A stretch of 64,000 nt of DNA from Rhynchobatus australiae (Eukaryota), in the NCBI GenBank assembly GCA_034780895.1, contig JAUZTB010000068.1, forward strand, positions 26,823,555-26,887,554, read 5' to 3'. Shown here in pieces: positions 22,871 through 36,011 of the stretch. Position 1 is the stretch's first letter. Each line of letters starts with the position of its first letter. Made by a program: the position numbers and the translations under genes. The notes below the pieces were generated by a model. That model did not search any database and was not told where the DNA came from. It was given only the letters and a program-made list of their open reading frames with translations.

Positions 22871-25800
22871 TCTATTGCTTTAAGTTTCTCCCCCCTTACA
22901 GCCTCTGGCACAGAACAATGTATTAAACATAAAATAGAGCATGAAAGAAAGTTGACCTTAAGAGGAACAAGATTTTGAAACTGCTTTGTTCCGATTCATT
23001 CTTCATGAATTCCCAGAGAAACATTAACCAATTTGACTTATTTGCTCAACCTTTTCCTCAATTAGTACTCCTACATTGAATATCACCGAAGGCGATTAAA
23101 ATGCTGAAGGTTTTAACTCTTAAGAGAAGAATACACAATTAAATTATTTTATTGATTAACAACACAGTTTTCCACCTTCTGAGAATATCATTTGTTCTCA
23201 CACCATGATTAGTATATGTAATGTGGATTATTTCCTTTTTTTTCTCTACATATCTTCCAACTAATGATTTGTTACTTCAATATAAATACAGAATCTCCTC
23301 GTGCATCCGAATGGTATCAGCTTTTCCGTACTTGCTGTTCAACATGCTCTGAGCAAGACAAATTGGGAAAGCTTTATGCCAGAAATCACAATCACTGGAA
23401 ATTAAAATCAAGGTATTTCAAATTTATTTATCCAGCAGGATAGAATAGATTAACAGTGTTTTCCAGTGGTAACTACCCATATAAATCTCTCCGCTATTTT
23501 AAAATAGCCCAGTTAATGAGCACATTAAAATAATGTACCTGCTAGCTTACTGTAACCCATCAGAGGGAGAACTTTGCTGTTCAGCAGTCAGGGAGCTAAC
23601 TTTGAGCACAAAAATCACGGCCATCTCTGAAACAGCTATCCATCTTTCTCCATGCCTATTTTTAGACTGATGCTAGATTGATCTTTCACTGTTAATTCTC
23701 GTAATATATTACAAATATTAAGAATTCTAACATTTGCTTTCTGAAGAAAATTCTCCCTTTGTTATTTTGGTGATAACCTTCAGTTAATGAACCTCCAGCA
23801 ACCAGAAATTGCTTCTCCTTCTTTGCTTCATCAAAATCTCTTAGAGCTTCAAACTATGAAATCTTTGATATTCTTGGAAAAAGAGCGCCACCCTTTCAAA
23901 TCCTCAAAGCCTCAAATCACCGTTGCTATCTCAGTAAATCCCTCTGCACCGTCTCCCTGCCTTTGGCATTCTTTCTACACTGTCGTGCCAATAAACAGGA
24001 TGCACTGTTCTAGCTATAATCTAACCGATCATGTACATCACTCCAGCATTTCCTCTTCTCTTTTGTATTTCACACCTTTTATTTATAAAATGCAGGATCC
24101 TGTTGAACTTTTGCCCACAGATTTATCAACTCTTTGTGCTGCCTTATAGAAGAAAAAAAATTACAAGGTTTTGTTTGGAACAGTCTGTAATGGCATTTCC
24201 ATTCCATTTTATTAATCTGAGCTCCATTGAAACCATCTGCAAAACTCACAAGAGCAGCGTTTTAAAATACTGCTCTATCAGGTTCTCTGGATTCTGACAT
24301 ATACCTTAAAGAACTTGCTTTAAATTAAGAAACTTGCAGGGTTAGTACCATTTTTTTTGGTTTATAACAATATTAGTAATGTTTGTTCCTCTTGTTCACC
24401 AACATAAGCAGAGAGCAGCTTGATCAAAATTAAACAAGTACTCTCACAGATAAACCTCTGCTACTCACTTTGCCTTTGTCTCCTTCCCTTTAAGACATGG
24501 CTGCCGGTGTAATCCATGGAGTTTAAAATGATCACCACCAAAAAGAATCCAAACTGCATAGTAATAACTGCACAGCTCTGCCTCTGTTCTAGAAGAAGGC
24601 TGGTGCTGATGAAGGCAGGCAGGATCAATTCCAATATGATATTTGTGATACTGGGTAGTGGTTTCTAGAGCGAGTCACAGAAGTACGGCTTAACACACAA
24701 GGCTCTGTCCACATGCACTCCCCACGACTGGGACAAGAGAAAGCATATTTTCAGGTATAACTCCATGGAGATTGCAGCTTGATGGAAAATGCTCTGTCAA
24801 AATCCATTCAGATATACTGTACATGAACGTGTAGTTTGATAGCCACAGTATACTGCTAGAACAAATGTGGAAATAATTAGTCTGCAGTCTGAAACATGGA
24901 CATCCAGAAACATCAATTAGAATATTCACAGAATTTTTTGCATTAAACATTAAAAAACAGTTCAAATATAAAACTGATGGAAACCAGCCTTTATCTTTTC
25001 CATTCTTATTTACAGATGCGATGTTCGATTGACTATCAGCAATTAGTTAAAATAAAAGGCAAGGACAGAAATTCTTGGTATTTCCAAACAAAATATAACC
25101 ATGAATTCCAGCGCAGTCACTATAATAAAGTTAGTCACATTCAGGAATGTGATTTTCAACACTTTCACACGGGCATGATGTCTCAAAGTTGTGCTTCTAG
25201 GAAGGAGCTTTATATAACTCTCGGCAATGCTGTGCACAACCACCTGCACTTATATTTAATAATACTCAAAAGCCGCTTGCCCTGAACACAAGGCAAAGTT
25301 GGGGAGTTTACTGATAAAGCATTAGTTGACAGAAATTAATCAAATTGGCACCTTCCCTACCAGGGAGAAATTATTTATCACAGACCAAATACTGGAGATT
25401 AAAACCACAAGGACAAGAAATCAGCTGAAAAAAGTTGTCAAAAATCATCATGCTCTCCTTTATCTGTCTGTTTTTGAAGACCACTTTTTTCTGTCCCTTT
25501 CCCAGAAATCCAATTATTTTGAAAATATTATAAAATTTAGATCGGGGTCTATACTATTGTTCAGTTTCACAATGTTGACTGCTCTGAAATTATGCTTTCT
25601 TTATTATGAAATCTCGGTATCGACAAATAACAATGCGAGATATCATGGAGCACGTTACAGATCGAAAAACTTGGATTGAACTAGAATTCATGAGGGTAAA
25701 GCACAAAATTTATTTTCATTGTCATTCTGTCTTCAAGCTAGCTGACTGGAAAGACACATAGTTCTACAAATTTATTGTTTTCTAACACACATAAGATTAC

Positions 25801-28020
25801 AAATACTTCCAGATGTATGTGGTTTAATAGAAATTTTGATGAAACTAAATATCAGATCCATCACGTGACTCTGAAGTTTTATTTCAGTTGTATACACAGA
25901 CAGATTATTTTAGCTACTTATTTTCTTCCGTATCTAGCAGCCTTTTATTAAATACAAATATATTTCTCTTACCGCTATGCCTCCAATCACCGCTCTTCAA
26001 TGTATGGCCAAGGTCTCTACAATTTTAACTGCAGCTACAATTAATACTGCTTTCTGATCAACTGATAGGAGGTGTGTTTCAGGGAGGGCAGTGGGAGGTC
26101 GTATGATGAAGCTGTTTTGGTTTAACTTTACCTCTAACCCATCCTTCCCCAATCAACCCTGCACTGAGATGGATTGCTGTGCTTCAACACAGTGCTCCAC
26201 CTAGCAGCCATGCCAAGAATTGCCAGGGTTCATTCAGTACGAATGGTCAGGGCTGAATGTTACACCAGCCAGGAATTCAGCCTCACAAATCTTATGTGTT
26301 GGAAATTAAAATTAGTATTTCATAAGCTGATAATACAGCCATGTACTTCTACAACAACGATAGATCATTTATTTTAAAATGTGGGTAAATGTCAATATTA
26401 TGAACAGAAAAAGATGTGAATCTTGAGAAATATAACATTTANNNNNNNNNNNNNNNNNNNNNNNNNNNNNNNNNNNNNNNNNNNNNNNNNNNNNNNNNNN
26501 NNNNNNNNNNNNNNNNNNNNNNNNNNNNNNNNNNNNNNNNNNNNNNNNNNNNNNNNNNNNNNNNNNNNNNNNNNNNNNNNNNNNNNNNNNNNNNNNNNNN
26601 NNNNNNNNNNNNNNNNNNNNNNNNNNNNNNNNNNNNNNNNNNNNNNNNNNNNNNNNNNNNACTCAAAGTATGCAGGTGAAAATTGATCTGCTTCAAACTA
26701 TTGTGGGGTCTGTGCATGAACAAACTGCAGAGGTGTTGACATACTGAGTATAAAATTTTTCAAATTAATCAGCAGTTGAAAAGTCACAGTTACATTTTAA
26801 TCCCCATGCAGTAATATGCGCGAGCCATATGCACATTTTGGACTTGGTCTGCAAGTATGAATTAATTTTTAAACCACCAATAAGTGTGGTGAATTTCTAT
26901 CTTTATAGATTGTGTGGTAATATATTTGATTAGATACCATANNNNNNNNNNNNNNNNNNNNNNNNNNNNNNNNNNNNNNNNNNNNNNNNNNNNNNNNNNN
27001 NNNNNNNNNNNNNNNNNNNNNNNNNNNNNNNNNNNNNNNNNNNNNNNNNNNNNNNNNNNNNNNNNNNNNNNNNNNNNNNNNNNNNNNNNNNNNNNNNNNN
27101 NNTTAGTGATGTTCCTAAATTATACATGCACCTTTCTTTCCAAAGTGGTCTTGATGATTGTTGCACTTGTTGAAATGAATTATAGTCTACACATTTATAA
27201 TTTTTCTAGGTGGAGGAAGGAAGATCCCATTCACGAGTTATATTATAGAATCAAATAAGTATCAGGCGAATACCCCATCAGTTATATGCTTGGGTTTTAT
27301 GGAATAATTGCGTACCTTCTTGTTTTGGGCGAATGCAGGAGGATATCCGCTGAAATCCCATCAGCAAAAGCCATCATCTCTTCACTGCAACCCTAAAAGC
27401 TGGGATACCTATACTGCCTTAGTATAAACTTACCTTGAAGATCCCCAACAAAATGTGCAGGACTCTTCTTTAAATGGAGGCAGTTGTATTTAGGTGATTC
27501 GTAGTATTATCTTTTATTTACATTGGCAGACAATCCATGAGTTAGCTTCTTTATTAGTGTAATAATTATCTGATCATTTATTTGCAAATACAAATCAATT
27601 TGAACTCAAAGTAGATTTTCATAATTAAGGGAATCCAGGACATAAAAAGTCTTCCATAACAAATATAGGTGGGAAAATAATATTCAGTGTGAATAAAATT
27701 GTGAAAGTGGTCAGGTAAGAGTTTTCATGAGGAAAACTCTGAGTGGGAATTGAGTGAATGAAGTCGAGGAAATGGCAAGTTTTATTTTCTGAAAGTAATT
27801 AACAGTTCAGATAAGTACTGAGATAATGAAGGAAAAGAGAGAATGTATTTAATTTTATATATGGAATTTCTTACAGTCAATGTTGTCATAACCGCCTGTA
27901 ATGCACTGGTATATATTAGTATAAAACAGCTTAATATGGCAGCTCTGTAACAAATCCAATTAAACCCGTTTTTAACCTGATTCACTGGGCATGAAAGCCC
28001 CCTGGATTGAGCAAAGTACT

Positions 28021-28090
28021 GGTTTTACATTCCACCTAATTTTACTCTCTGTGACTTCACTGAAAGTAAAATTAGATGGAGTGTAAATCC
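28021..28090. repeat. Imperfect palindrome / MITE-like hairpin
   Basis: 28-bp arms ggttttacattccacctaattttactct and aaagtaaaattagatggagtgtaaatcc (4 mismatches) around ctgtgacttcactg. Confidence 0.85.
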
Positions 28091-30139
28091 AACATTGCAC
28101 TTAATCTTTTCGGTTTTCTGATGAGCAAGTTGGATGTTCATTGTCCTCATATGCCAGATGGAACATAATCACGGTTTATAATTCACGGTTATAAAGAGTT
28201 CATCTGCTTGCTGGCTTTGCACATTGTAGGGCAACACGCTTTTGTATCAATGGTTTTTAACCTGTTGGGTTCCTACTCTCAGTCACACTACCATAGAGAG
28301 GTGCTAAACTAAGCTGGCCTGCTTCCCCTATTGGGAGGGGAACAGTTGAAGGGAAGAAGTGGCTCTGGCACATTTTAGAGTGAAATCTGTAGAAGGGAGT
28401 AATAACGTTGAAGACAATGTGGTACCTCACAAACCCTCAGCCATAAATTAGTTTCTCTCAAGCTCTTACAGAAGTAACCCTGCCTCTAATAACAATATCC
28501 AAAGTCCCATTACTGTAGTGCTGTTTGTTTACTTCACTCTCCTTCGCCAGATTTTGGAATTTTTTTTCATTCTTGCATCTTTGGTTATCGCTGTGCTACA
28601 CGCTTTGTTACAGGGCTATTTTACTTCCGAGCTCAGGAACTCTCCTTTCCACTGAACTTGGAAAATATTATTAAAAATTAAAANNNNNNNNNNNNNNNNN
28701 NNNNNNNNNNNNNNNNNNNNNNNNNNNNNNNNNNNNNNNNNNNNNNNNNNNNNNNNNNNNNNNNNNNNNNNNNNNNNNNNNNNNNNNNNNNNNNNNNNNN
28801 NNNNNNNNNNNNNNNNNNNNNNNNNNNNNNNNNNNNNNNNNNNNNNNNNNNNNNNNNNNNNNNNNNNNNNNNNNNNNNNNNNNNNNNNNNNNNNNNNNNN
28901 NNNNNNNNNNNNNNNNNNNNNNNNNNNNNNNNNNNNNNNNNNNNNNNNNNNNNNNNNNNNNNNNNNNNNNNNNNNNNNNNNNNNNNNNNNNNNNNNNNNN
29001 NNNNNNNNNNNNNNNNNNNNNNNNNNNNNNNNNNNNNNNNNNNNNNNNNNNNNNNNNNNNNNNNNNNNNNNNNNNNNNNNNNNNNNNNNNNNNAGCTTGA
29101 CAGCAACCATGGCAGCATGGCTGTAATGAAAAATATGGCTTAATTTTACTCAGCTGTTCGAGTGTGTGCAGAGACACCGGTACTCAGCACTCCAGAGATA
29201 TGAATGGGCAAAAGCCACTGAGGATGTGGAGCATCTGAGAACTATAGATGGGATTTTCTCCAACAGAATCTTCTGTCTAATTCATCTCACACAATAAAGC
29301 TTCTTAATAACAACTTAGGTCATTTTGTGCTTCAAGAAATCCAGTTTTTGATTCAGACTCCGTGCTCTCAAAACACTGATTATAGCTCAGAGCCCACAGC
29401 ATCTCGCTTTGAATAAACATCCAGCTCTCAGTCCAAGCTGAACACATTTAGTCACACCTCTTTACATTTTCATGCCAATCAAGTGGTCAAAGGGAAACCC
29501 TGGACTGGATCAGCGTCTATGCGTTTTACATTGGTATTTCTACAGCTAAATATTGTCACAGATGCGCATGGTTTCTCCAACACACTGATACGCTATTCCT
29601 TTTTAAATTACTTTATGTCTCTTTAGATCTGTTCTGCAAATAAAAGTTTAACAACAAGACCATAAGTGAGTGGGCATGGCTTAGTCTGAAACTTAAGATA
29701 GATCTCTAAGTTATCACTCAACTGTTTAAGTAGTTGTACTATGGAGATACACACAGGAACAGTATCACTCAATGGCTATGCTTTTATTTAATCACTCTCA
29801 AGTTGTAGAGTTTTCGGATTACACCTACATCCCGTAGCATGGGCATTGCAGCCCATATATGATCAAGAATTTAGTCAATCATTCCTCTGTATGAGAACAT
29901 GAACAAAGAATTATTTCATGCAACAGAGGATCACAGCTAATCCCATTTTACATTCTAGCTTCTCAGACATCAGTTTGTTTCAAATGAAAAATTTCAGTAG
30001 AAAGTGCATCACTTTTGGCGTGATGCTGTCACATGAAAATAACCTTTGGTGTGGCATCGAACTGTATGATTTGAATTAAAGTCCAATATTTGTAAAAAGA
30101 ACACCCAGATGAAGCAGGTGGAATTGCCATAGAGAGGCC

Positions 30140-30360
30140 AAGCAGAGAGGAAATGGTGTCAAGACTGGGAAAGATTGATCTTGGAGATGGCTGCCTGGAA
30201 GTGTACTGGATCAGTAAAACATGCTTCCTAATGGTGACAGAAAGAAGCCTGCTGATTAAACAAGGAAGGCATGACTGGAAGTTGGCACTGAACTCAGCCT
30301 CAGGAGCTTAAGTTCACATCAAGGAGTCAATGCCAAAGATGATTTAGTAATCTAAGTGAA
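30140..30360 (+). mobile_element. PIF/Harbinger Myb/SANT-like gene relic
   Basis: LPNGDRKKPAD*TRKA*LEVGTELS then, after a frameshift, QCQR*FSNL (cf. W.EVA...QCRKRFNDL). Confidence 0.6.
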
Positions 30361-31949
30361 GTATGAAAGAGGAGCATTTCATTACATCTTGATATGCATT
30401 CTTCCTCTCACTCTGCCTTCTCAACTTTAATATATTGTCCTTCATTTTAACTTAACTCACTGATATACCAACTTTCTATCTCCATAATCCCCCATGTTCC
30501 CATTAGTGCCGTTTCATACGGTGTGATAACACTTCCTCAGAGTCATCCTCAACAACCCTCACCTTTCATCCACCTGCCGTCACCCTCATTCGCAGGAGCC
30601 TTTTGTTCACCTCGGAGGAGCAGAGAGTGTGAGGAGAGCTGGGGCTCTGGCCGTCTCACATTTGACAGCTGCAGAGGAGGAGAAGCTGGACATCAACGGA
30701 ATTCTGGCAATGCATACGGGGAGATAGGATCCTCCCAAATACCTGGTAAATATCGAACAGCCACACGGAATGCAACACCCACTCATAGCAACTTGATGAA
30801 GAGCCAAAATATGATTACCTGCATCGAAGGCTTTAATTCAAGACTTAACCTTCCACAAGTTCTCTGCGCTTCACATAGAAGGATGTCCATGAGGGGTTAA
30901 TAGCACCCTGGGGGTAATCACTTCCTCTCAAAGCGTGCGACCACAGGGCTTGTGCGTACCGGTGGGACCAGTAATCATCAGCTGGGTCTTTATCAGGCTA
31001 TAAGTCAACAAGAGGAGAGGTGAAGATGGGGTGGGCAGTGGGCAGGCAACATCAGAGGACATAGGGACCCTCCAGACTCTAATAAAGATCCCATATCTCA
31101 GGCCCCTAGTACAACAGGGGTATTCTGGAGCAGTAGCAGAGATTGTACAATGTACTGCCAGCCACCTCAGCTCCAGCAACAGGCCTTAGAGTGATACCTT
31201 TGCCAATGGAATGAGAGGCTCTGTGTATTGAGAATCAAATGGGGCAAACAAATGAATGCAAGTTGGCATTTACTGAAGATGTGAACATTATGAACACCAT
31301 ATTACAGTTGATGCATGTTGCTTTGGCCATTTATTAGCCCTCTGATCTGTAATGAAGTGTTCTCGAGCTAACTGCTGGCTTGGAATTGCAGACGGGCTGT
31401 ATCAGGGGTGATGGAATTTGGGGCTTTGATCCATGCACATTCCCTTCTCGCCCATTATCAATGCCCATCCGTCCACCTACCACCACCCCAGTTAGTACCT
31501 CACAGGCTGCCTCATACCCATGGCTGAATCTGCCATTGCTAAGTGCAGGGGGAGTAAGCTATAAAAGGGCCCTCATTTAGATCCACGTTCAGAAGAAATT
31601 GGCCCACACAGGAATCCAAGCCTGCCACCTTTGACTCCGGCTGGGGCCACAGAACAGCTCAGAAGAGGAAGAATCAAGGGGATGTGCATGAGTGTTTCCT
31701 TTGGTTCCATCAGCCCTCGCCTTCTACATTGGTACCTTTCTGTTTCATTGCTTCCATCACATAGGTAGTAGCTCTTTCCACCACTTTACTACCTTGTCAA
31801 ATTTTTGATCAAGTCTAGTGCCTATCTCTCTTAATGCCAAGTGGTAAAACATGAATTGATGCAAGTCCCAGGGCGTGTGAACTGATGTTTACTTCTTTGC
31901 ATTGCTGAACGTGTAGGGCTGGGATGGAGTAAAGGTGCTGTTGTTACCT

Positions 31950-32045
31950 TCAGACCAGAATGGGTGACAGTGGCAGATTTTTTCCCTGAAGGGTATTAGT
32001 GTACCAAGTAATTAAGTGGTTTACCATTACTGATGCTAGATTTTT
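31950..32045 (-). mobile_element. MetaSINE-like fragment
   Basis: cagaccagaatggg...ggcagattttttccctgaagggtattagtgtacc resembles the reverse complement of the Meta domain as recalled. Confidence 0.5.
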
Positions 32046-32056
32046 ACTTCACCATT

Positions 32057-32165
32057 GGGCGGCATGGTAGCGTAGTGGTTAACGTGACGCTATTACAGTG
32101 CCAGCGATCGGGGTTCGATTCCCGTCGCTGTCTGTAAGGAGTTTGTATGTTCTCCCGTGTCTGCG
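32057..32165 (+). mobile_element. V-SINE 5' part (runs into gap)
   Basis: gggcggcatggtagcgtagtggttaac...ggttcgattccc A/B boxes and V-domain start. Confidence 0.9.
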
Positions 32166-32869
32166 NNNNNNNNNNNNNNNNNNNNNNNNNNNNNNNNNNN
32201 NNNNNNNNNNNNNNNNNNNNNNNNNNNNNNNNNNNNNNNNNNNNNNNNNNNNNNNNNNNNNNNNNCCCTCCCACCTTATCTCTGCCTCTTAAATCTTTAA
32301 TTTTTCCCAGCTCCAATGAAGACTCATATTTCCAGACCCATAGTCCAGCAACTTAATCGTCACTCCAGCACAACTTCTGTTCCTCCAGCTACTTGTCATT
32401 TAATCAGTTCAAGGATGAATTTTGTTCAGGTCTTGCCTCCTTAGGCCTTGAAATTCTGCTCAGGCTGCTCACTGGAACTGAAGGGCTTTAATGTGTCCAT
32501 CACAGCAGAGCCAAAGAGGGCCTCCCATAACCATCACTTCCTTGTTCTTCCTCCTCTGCCTCCAACGAGTGATGTCTGCAACATTAATCTTGGAGATTAG
32601 CATGAGGAAATCTAGTACAATTATAAAGATCAAAGTAAATTTGAACCTACTTAATAAATTAAACCTGCAAATTTGTAAATGTTGTCAAACTAGTTTCACT
32701 CTTTTCTTTTAAGAAGCAATGCATTGTATTGTATGTAAATAAGTGTAATCTCATCCCATGGTATATTTGATCATACCTGTGTTGTGTGCATATTCACAAT
32801 TAATGGCGAATGAACCAGGCACACCTTTTTCAGCTCTCTGTGTTTCCTGCATATTATTCTGTGCACTCT

Positions 32870-34100
32870 GCACAGAAGATCCCATGGTTAATGGCTCAAA
32901 CTCCTCCTCTTCCTTCTTTCTCTTCCTCCTTTTCCTCTTCCGTTCAGGGTTATATCTGCACGATGACCAGGTTGTAGAGGATACAAGGAAACGCCACCTA
33001 GTAAGACACCTTCATTACATCGCATGGAGCAAGCCCCATCCAAATGGGGCCAGGCCTGTATAGCATTTCTTCCGCAATTCTATGGTTTCTGTGCTATGTT
33101 TAATGTTGCCACATGGCTTTCACTGTAGAGAACTCTGCTGTTTCTCTTGTATCCCTGAAGACGGAGGCTCGAGAAGCCTCCAACAGCCACCTCCTAATAA
33201 GACTGACTTGAAGACAGTGGGCACAGTTGAATACAACTGCAGAGATGAATAGTGGACGTTTCCCAGGTGACTCCTATTTACAATTAGAATCTTTTGGTTC
33301 TATTAGGCATTCGTGGATTGAAACCTCTTGCAGGTCTGGTAAGTTTGCATGTTGTTTGATGAAGCCCCTAACAAAAGTTGGATGCAGTCTATCATCTCCT
33401 GCACCATAGGAAAACCCCTCATGTCAGCATAGCCCAGCACTGGCTCTCTGTACCCAGGAAGAAGGGCATGAAATCACCTGTCCTCGAGTAGAGAGCTCTC
33501 TTTCACCTCCCTCATGCAGTGGTGAGTTGTAGTCGAAGCAATTTCTACTAATTTCTCCAACTTCAGCTTGAAGGCAGGCACGGAGGTGCAGTGGTTAGCA
33601 TAACACTATTACAGCACCGGCAACCCAGGTTCAATTCCGGCTGCTGTCTGTAAGGAGTTTGTAAGTTCTCCCTGTATCTGTGTGGGTTTCTTCCAGGTGC
33701 TCCGGTTTCCTTTCACATTCCAAGGAAGTTGTTAGGAAGTTGTGGGCATGCTACGTTGGTGCTGGAAGCATGGGGACACTTGCGGGCTGCCCTCAGAACA
33801 CTCTACGCAAAAGATGCATTTCACTGTGTGTTTCAATGTACTTGTGACTAATAAAGATATCGTATCTTATCTTGTATAAGAAGAGGCAAAGGCAAAAGCA
33901 ATTATGCAACATTGTGACTTGACTGCCATAGTGTGAGTGGGTGATGTACAGCTCCATGCTGAAAGCACATGACAACCCCTCAACTCCTTTCTGGAGAACC
34001 TAACAGTGAAACTTTGTGGGACGTGCTCAGGGCCTGTGCTCTCCACCCATTCTGGCAGGCTGGGCCCCTGTGGCCAGGGCCTTATGCTCTTGCCCCTTCT
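32870..34100 (-). mobile_element. PIF/Harbinger (HARBI1-like) transposase relic, interrupted by a SINE
   Basis: GFPMVQEMIDC...YQTCKRFQSTNA (cf. GFPxVQGAIDCTH...NRKGFHSLNVQ); CILYNLVI followed by an acidic E-rich tail. Confidence 0.75.
33575..33875 (+). mobile_element. V-SINE with (TCTTA)n non-CR1 tail
   Basis: Same family as 10783-11086; ends gtgactaataaagatatcgtatcttatctt. Confidence 0.9.
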
Positions 34101-34197
34101 TGCACCTTTTATAGTTCTTCAGAGCCTCTTCACTTCAGCTCAGTCACGGCGGACTGTATGCAGACAGCAGCACTGGTACTTCTTCCAATGGTTTACT

Positions 34198-34878
34198 CAG
34201 TGGCTGCACAGATTGATAGGGTGGCAATGAAGACGTATGGTATACTTGCCTTCATTAGTCAAGACGTTGAATTCAAGAGTCAGGAAGTTATGTTGCAACT
34301 TTACAAAACTCTGGTTAGGCTGCATTTGGAGTATTGCATTCAATTCTGCTTGCCCCATTATAGGGAGGATGTGGAAGCTTTGGAGAGGGTACAGAAGCAG
34401 TTTACCAGGATGTTGTCTGGATTAGAGGGGAAGTTGGACAAACTTGTGTTGTTTTCTCTGGAGCGTCGGAGTCTGAGTGGAGGCCTGATAAAAGGTTATA
34501 AAACTATGAGAGGCATAGATAGAGTAGACAGCTGGTATCTTATTCCCAGGGTCAAAATGTCTAATGCTAGAGGCTCTCACATCTAAGGTGAGAGGGGTTA
34601 AGTTCAAAGGGGATGTGCGGGGCAAGATTTTCACACAGAGGGTGGTGGGTACCTGGAATGTGCAGTCAAGCGNNNNNNNNNNNNNNNNNNNNNNNNNNNN
34701 NNNNNNNNNNNNNNNNNNNNNNNNNNNNNNNNNNNNNNNNNNNNNNNNNNNNNNNNNNNNNNNNNNNNNNNNNNNNNNNNNNNNNNNNNNNNNNNNNNNN
34801 NNNNNNNNNNNNNNNNNNNNNNNNNNNNNNNNNNNNNNNNNNNNNNNNNNNNNNNNNNNNTCTATGTTCTATGTTCTA
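34198..34878 (+). mobile_element. CR1 ORF2 C-terminal fragment with tail across a gap
   Basis: LYKTLVRLHLEYCIQFCLPHYREDVEALERVQKQFTRML; tctatgttctatgttcta tail. Confidence 0.93.
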
Positions 34879-34894
34879 AAGCAGTCTGTCAATC

Positions 34895-35235
34895 GGGGTG
34901 GCACTGTGGTGCAGCTAGTAGTGCCACTGCCTCACAGCACAGAGGCACAAGTTCAATCCTGACCTTGGGTGTTGTCTGCGTGGAGTTTGCATGTTCTTCC
35001 TGTAACCATGTGGATTACTTCTGGTTGGTCTAGTTTCATCCGACATCCCAAAGACACACGGATCAGTAGGTTAATTGGCCGCTAGTATCTAGGGTGGTAA
35101 AATCTGAGGGAGTTGAGATTATGCAGAGAATTGGGATGACTATAGGATTAGTGTAAATTGGTGGATGGTGCTCAGCGTGGACTCAGTTCGCTGTAAGTTC
35201 TGTTTTTGTGCTGTGTCTCTCTATGAATTTATGAC
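34895..35235 (+). mobile_element. HE1-like V-SINE
   Basis: ggggtggcactgtggtgcagc head, gttcaatcc B-box, V-domain and CR1-like tail. Confidence 0.87.
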
Positions 35236-36011
35236 TCAGTGAACACTAAAGCTGCAAGTAACTGAAGATCCCCTTGAATACCAGAAGCTGGGGAGCAGGG
35301 CTCCCTTCCTGCTGCTAAACATTGGAATTTCTGCTGTAATTAACAAGTAACATTTGGTGAAACATTGTGGCCCATTTGCCAGACTTGGTGACAAATCAGC
35401 ATCATCCACTGCCTCTCCCTGCCCCAGTTTGGCTGACCCACACGTTGAGTACATTCTGTGCTACTCTATTTGCTAATCAGTGCTGGTCCCACTAAAAAGA
35501 TGCATTTGTATTCGCACTCAAAATTAGAAGTAAATTGGCACCTGCAGCACCAATTAAACTGATAGAATGCAGTCAGTTTCATGAGCCTGTGCACACCAGC
35601 TGCACACTGATGCAGTAAATCTCCTCTGGCTGGCAAACATATCCAGGCCATGTGGAGGTCACACACAGGCTGAGGATGACACTCTTGAGTTTGTGGAAAA
35701 CCAACCAGTGCAGCAAACCCAGGCAGGGCAAGTCAATGTGCGTGCCTACCCTGGGAAATGATCTCTCAACCACCTTGTGCATTTGGTGGGTCACCAATGC
35801 CAGCATCCTTTTGCAGGAGCCCCCATCTGGTGATTCATAGGATCCCAGAGAAGTTCTAAGATGAAGGTGTTGAGGGCAGGAATGACTTAGAGAGCTGTAG
35901 ATAACTTGTGGCCTTCAGGTCCAGAAGCCTGGCTGACTGTAAATCCCTGAAGTATGCAATCACTTTGAGGAAGTTTGTCATCATTCTGCAGATCCTTTAT
36001 GTCTGAGTTGG

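Noticed and set aside
25538-25578. DRGLYYC, an immunoglobulin F-strand-like motif
   Set aside because: Bounded by stops within a few codons, with no upstream Cys/Trp framework or recombination signal; likely chance
32057-32125. tRNA gene
   Set aside because: The A/B boxes run straight into a SINE V-domain; it is a SINE head
33969-34586. Longest ORF (205 aa) as a host gene
   Set aside because: Chance read-through from unrelated sequence into a CR1 RT fragment
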